A stretch of DNA of 40,000 nucleotides from Caldivirga sp. MU80 (GTDB taxonomy: Archaea > Thermoproteota > Thermoprotei > Thermoproteales > Thermocladiaceae): positions 12,379 through 52,378 of the forward strand of contig NZ_LCTF01000006.1 in assembly GCF_001663375.1 (NCBI RefSeq), read 5' to 3'. Shown here one piece after another: positions 38,307 through 40,000 of this stretch; the first letter of the stretch is position 1; the number at the start of each line of letters is the position of its first letter. Position numbers and translations under genes: made by a program. The notes below the pieces were generated by a model, which saw only the letters and a program-made list of their open reading frames with translations, did not search any database and was not told where the DNA came from.

Positions 38307-39051
38307 TTCCAGCCTCATTTAAATATGCCTTAAGTTTCATGATATTTATTACACCCATATGAAAGACACTCGCTGCCAATGCCGCATCAGCGTACTTAAG
38401 CACTTCAAGGAAGTGCCTAGGCTCACCGGCACCGCCACTGGCTATTATAGGTATGTTCACGGTTTCGGACAACCTCCTGTAAAGCTCATAGTCATAACCA
38501 GCCTTAGTGCCATCCGTATCTATGCTCGTCACAAGCAGTTCCCCGGCACCAAGTTCCTCAACCATCCTAGCCCAGTCAACGGCGTCTAGCATGGTTTCCT
38601 TCTTACCACCCATTATGAAGACCCTCCATGACTCATTAACCCTCTTGACGTCAATGGCAACGACAACGGACTGGGAACCGTACTCCCTGGCCAGCCTACT
38701 CACTAGGCTTGGATCCTTGACAGCCGCAGTGTTTATGCTCACCTTATCTGCACCAGCCTTGAAGGCTGCATCAGCATCACTAATACTCCTAATGCCCCCA
38801 CCAACACCTAACGGTATACTTACCGCCGAGGCCACTTCCCTAACCGTCTTTAGGAAAGTTGACCTACCCTGCACAGTGGCGGTTATGTCGAGTAGGAAGA
38901 GTTCATCAGCCCCCTCATCCTCGTACCTTGAGGCTAAGGCCACTGGGTCACCGATTACCCTAAGCCCCTCGAAGTTAACCCCCTTAACCACGACGTTTGC
39001 GTCAACATCCATGCATGGTATTATACGCCTAACCACGTTAATTGGTCTCAT
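38287..39051 (-). CDS. hisF: Imidazole glycerol phosphate synthase, cyclase subunit
   Basis: 254 aa. RIIPCMDV, SIDTDGTKAGYD and IASGGAG. Confidence 0.92.
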   Translation of the reverse strand: MRPINVVRRIIPCMDVDANVVVKGVNFEGLRVIGDPVALASRYEDEGADELFLLDITATVQGRSTFLKTVREVASAVSIPLGVGGGIRSISDADAAFKAGADKVSINTAAVKDPSLVSRLAREYGSQSVVVAIDVKRVNESWRVFIMGGKKETMLDAVDWARMVEELGAGELLVTSIDTDGTKAGYDYELYRRLSETVNIPIIASGGAGEPRHFLEVLKYADAALAASVFHMGVINIMKLKAYLNEAGIKVRLY

Positions 39052-39632
39052 TAAACAACACCCTTGAGACTCGGTACCCCACCACCCTTAACCTCAATTG
39101 CCTGCCCCATGGCTAACCCCAGGGCCTTAAATATTGACTCAGCCACGTGGTGGCTGTTCTCGCCGTAAAGCACGTTAACATGTATAGTCGCCCTTAATGA
39201 GGAGGCTAGGCTCCTTATGAAGTGCGGTATCATTTCCGTGGACATGTCACCAACGAACTCCCTGTTAAATGAACCCTTGAAGGTGAAGTAAACCCTACCA
39301 CCCAGATCCACTGAGGCCAGGGACAGTGCATCATCCATGGGCACTATTGCCCAGCCGAACCTGGCTATGCCAACCCTATCACCAAGCGCCTTGTCTATGG
39401 CTGAACCAAGCACTATGGCCACATCCTCAGCCACGTGGTGGTCATCAAACCCCCTTAGGTCCACTGCCTTAATAACCCCCGACGCACCCATGTAGAATAT
39501 GAACGTCTCAACCATGTGGTTCAGGAACTTGACCGGGGTCTCAACCTTAACCTCACCTGGCTCCAGGTTCAACTCAACCTTAATCTCCGTCTCCCTGGTC
39601 CTACGCTCAACACTAGCCCCCCTGGCCACCAC
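39051..39632 (-). CDS. hisB: Imidazoleglycerol-phosphate dehydratase
   Basis: 193 aa. RRTRETEIKVELNL, DDHHVAEDV and GENSHHVAES. Confidence 0.9.
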   Translation of the reverse strand: MVARGASVERRTRETEIKVELNLEPGEVKVETPVKFLNHMVETFIFYMGASGVIKAVDLRGFDDHHVAEDVAIVLGSAIDKALGDRVGIARFGWAIVPMDDALSLASVDLGGRVYFTFKGSFNREFVGDMSTEMIPHFIRSLASSLRATIHVNVLYGENSHHVAESIFKALGLAMGQAIEVKGGGVPSLKGVV

Positions 39633-40000
39633 ACCTCACCCCCTTAACGTACAGTGCGTAGCCGATTATGACCCCATCAAACCCAAGCCTCCACAGCTCC
39701 TCAACGTCACTGCAGTTAGAGACTCCGCCGGCGTAGTAAACTTCCTTACCAATCCCCTTGAGCACCTTAACCAGCTCCGGGTTAACCCTAGGCCCCATTC
39801 CAGTGCCCTCAACGGACACATTCGTGTAAACCACCGCACCAACCCTGGGTAATTCATTAATGGCGTCGGTTATTCTCTTGGCCCTAAACCTCCAACCCCT
39901 CGTCACAAGCCATTCCCCATCGGCATCCAGGGATACGCCAACCTTATCCTCACCCAGCTCCTTAACCATTGCCAACAGCTCCTTGGGCTCCTCCACAGCG
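39613..40000 (-). CDS. hisA: ProFAR isomerase (HisA), C-terminal part; 5' end lies outside the window
   Basis: The frame is open to the window edge. VYTNVSVEGTGMG...YYAGGVSNCSDVEEL...GVIIGYALY is typical of the HisA C-terminal half-barrel. Confidence 0.8.
   Translation of the reverse strand, partial: AVEEPKELLAMVKELGEDKVGVSLDADGEWLVTRGWRFRAKRITDAINELPRVGAVVYTNVSVEGTGMGPRVNPELVKVLKGIGKEVYYAGGVSNCSDVEELWRLGFDGVIIGYALYVKGVRCGGQGG

Overview
Gene-dense, mostly housekeeping chromosomal segment. It looks like a hyperthermophilic crenarchaeon of the Thermoproteales type (Caldivirga/Vulcanisaeta-like). This is an inference from four things: a PaREP1-like protein, a CydA/CydA' oxidase pair, TATA-like boxes about 25-30 nt upstream of many start codons (leaderless mRNAs), and frequent GTG/TTG starts.

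Contents, left to right:
- tail of a radical-SAM-like gene
- beta-oxidation pair: 3-hydroxyacyl-CoA dehydrogenase/enoyl-CoA hydratase fusion plus acyl-CoA dehydrogenase
- RNA polymerase subunit E'/Rpo7
- tungsten aldehyde:ferredoxin oxidoreductase
- LysE-type exporter
- sugar-acid cluster: enolase-superfamily dehydratase, split UxaA-type dehydratase, small basic protein, SelA-like PLP enzyme
- AT-rich islet with a PaREP1-like gene
- nadB-nadA
- membrane protein, then a phosphohexomutase
- XRE-type regulator divergent from a cytochrome bd CydA/CydA' pair
- frameshifted TnpB-only IS200/IS605-type element
- SQR-like flavoprotein
- DUF871/MupG-like protein
- pyrB, then a purine-type phosphoribosyltransferase
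- membrane protein, then RNase Z
- GH2 glucuronidase-like enzyme with an orphan, Thr-linker-anchored solute-binding protein
- eight his genes (hisC, D, E, H, I, F, B, A)

No rRNA, canonical tRNA or CRISPR array was recognised.

Most worth a second look:
1. An orphan, GC-rich, highly structured candidate ncRNA of about 235 nt at 7250-7485. It has its own TATA-like box and a T5 tract, and an internal set of mutually exclusive hairpins.
2. The TnpB-only IS at about 21800-23530, with an end hairpin on the stop codon, a candidate omega-RNA region and a -1 frameshift.
3. The CydA/CydA' oxidase pair next to an SQR-like gene.
4. A second GC-rich structured island just upstream of RNase Z.

All family assignments come from reading the ORF translations by eye. 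No searches were run.
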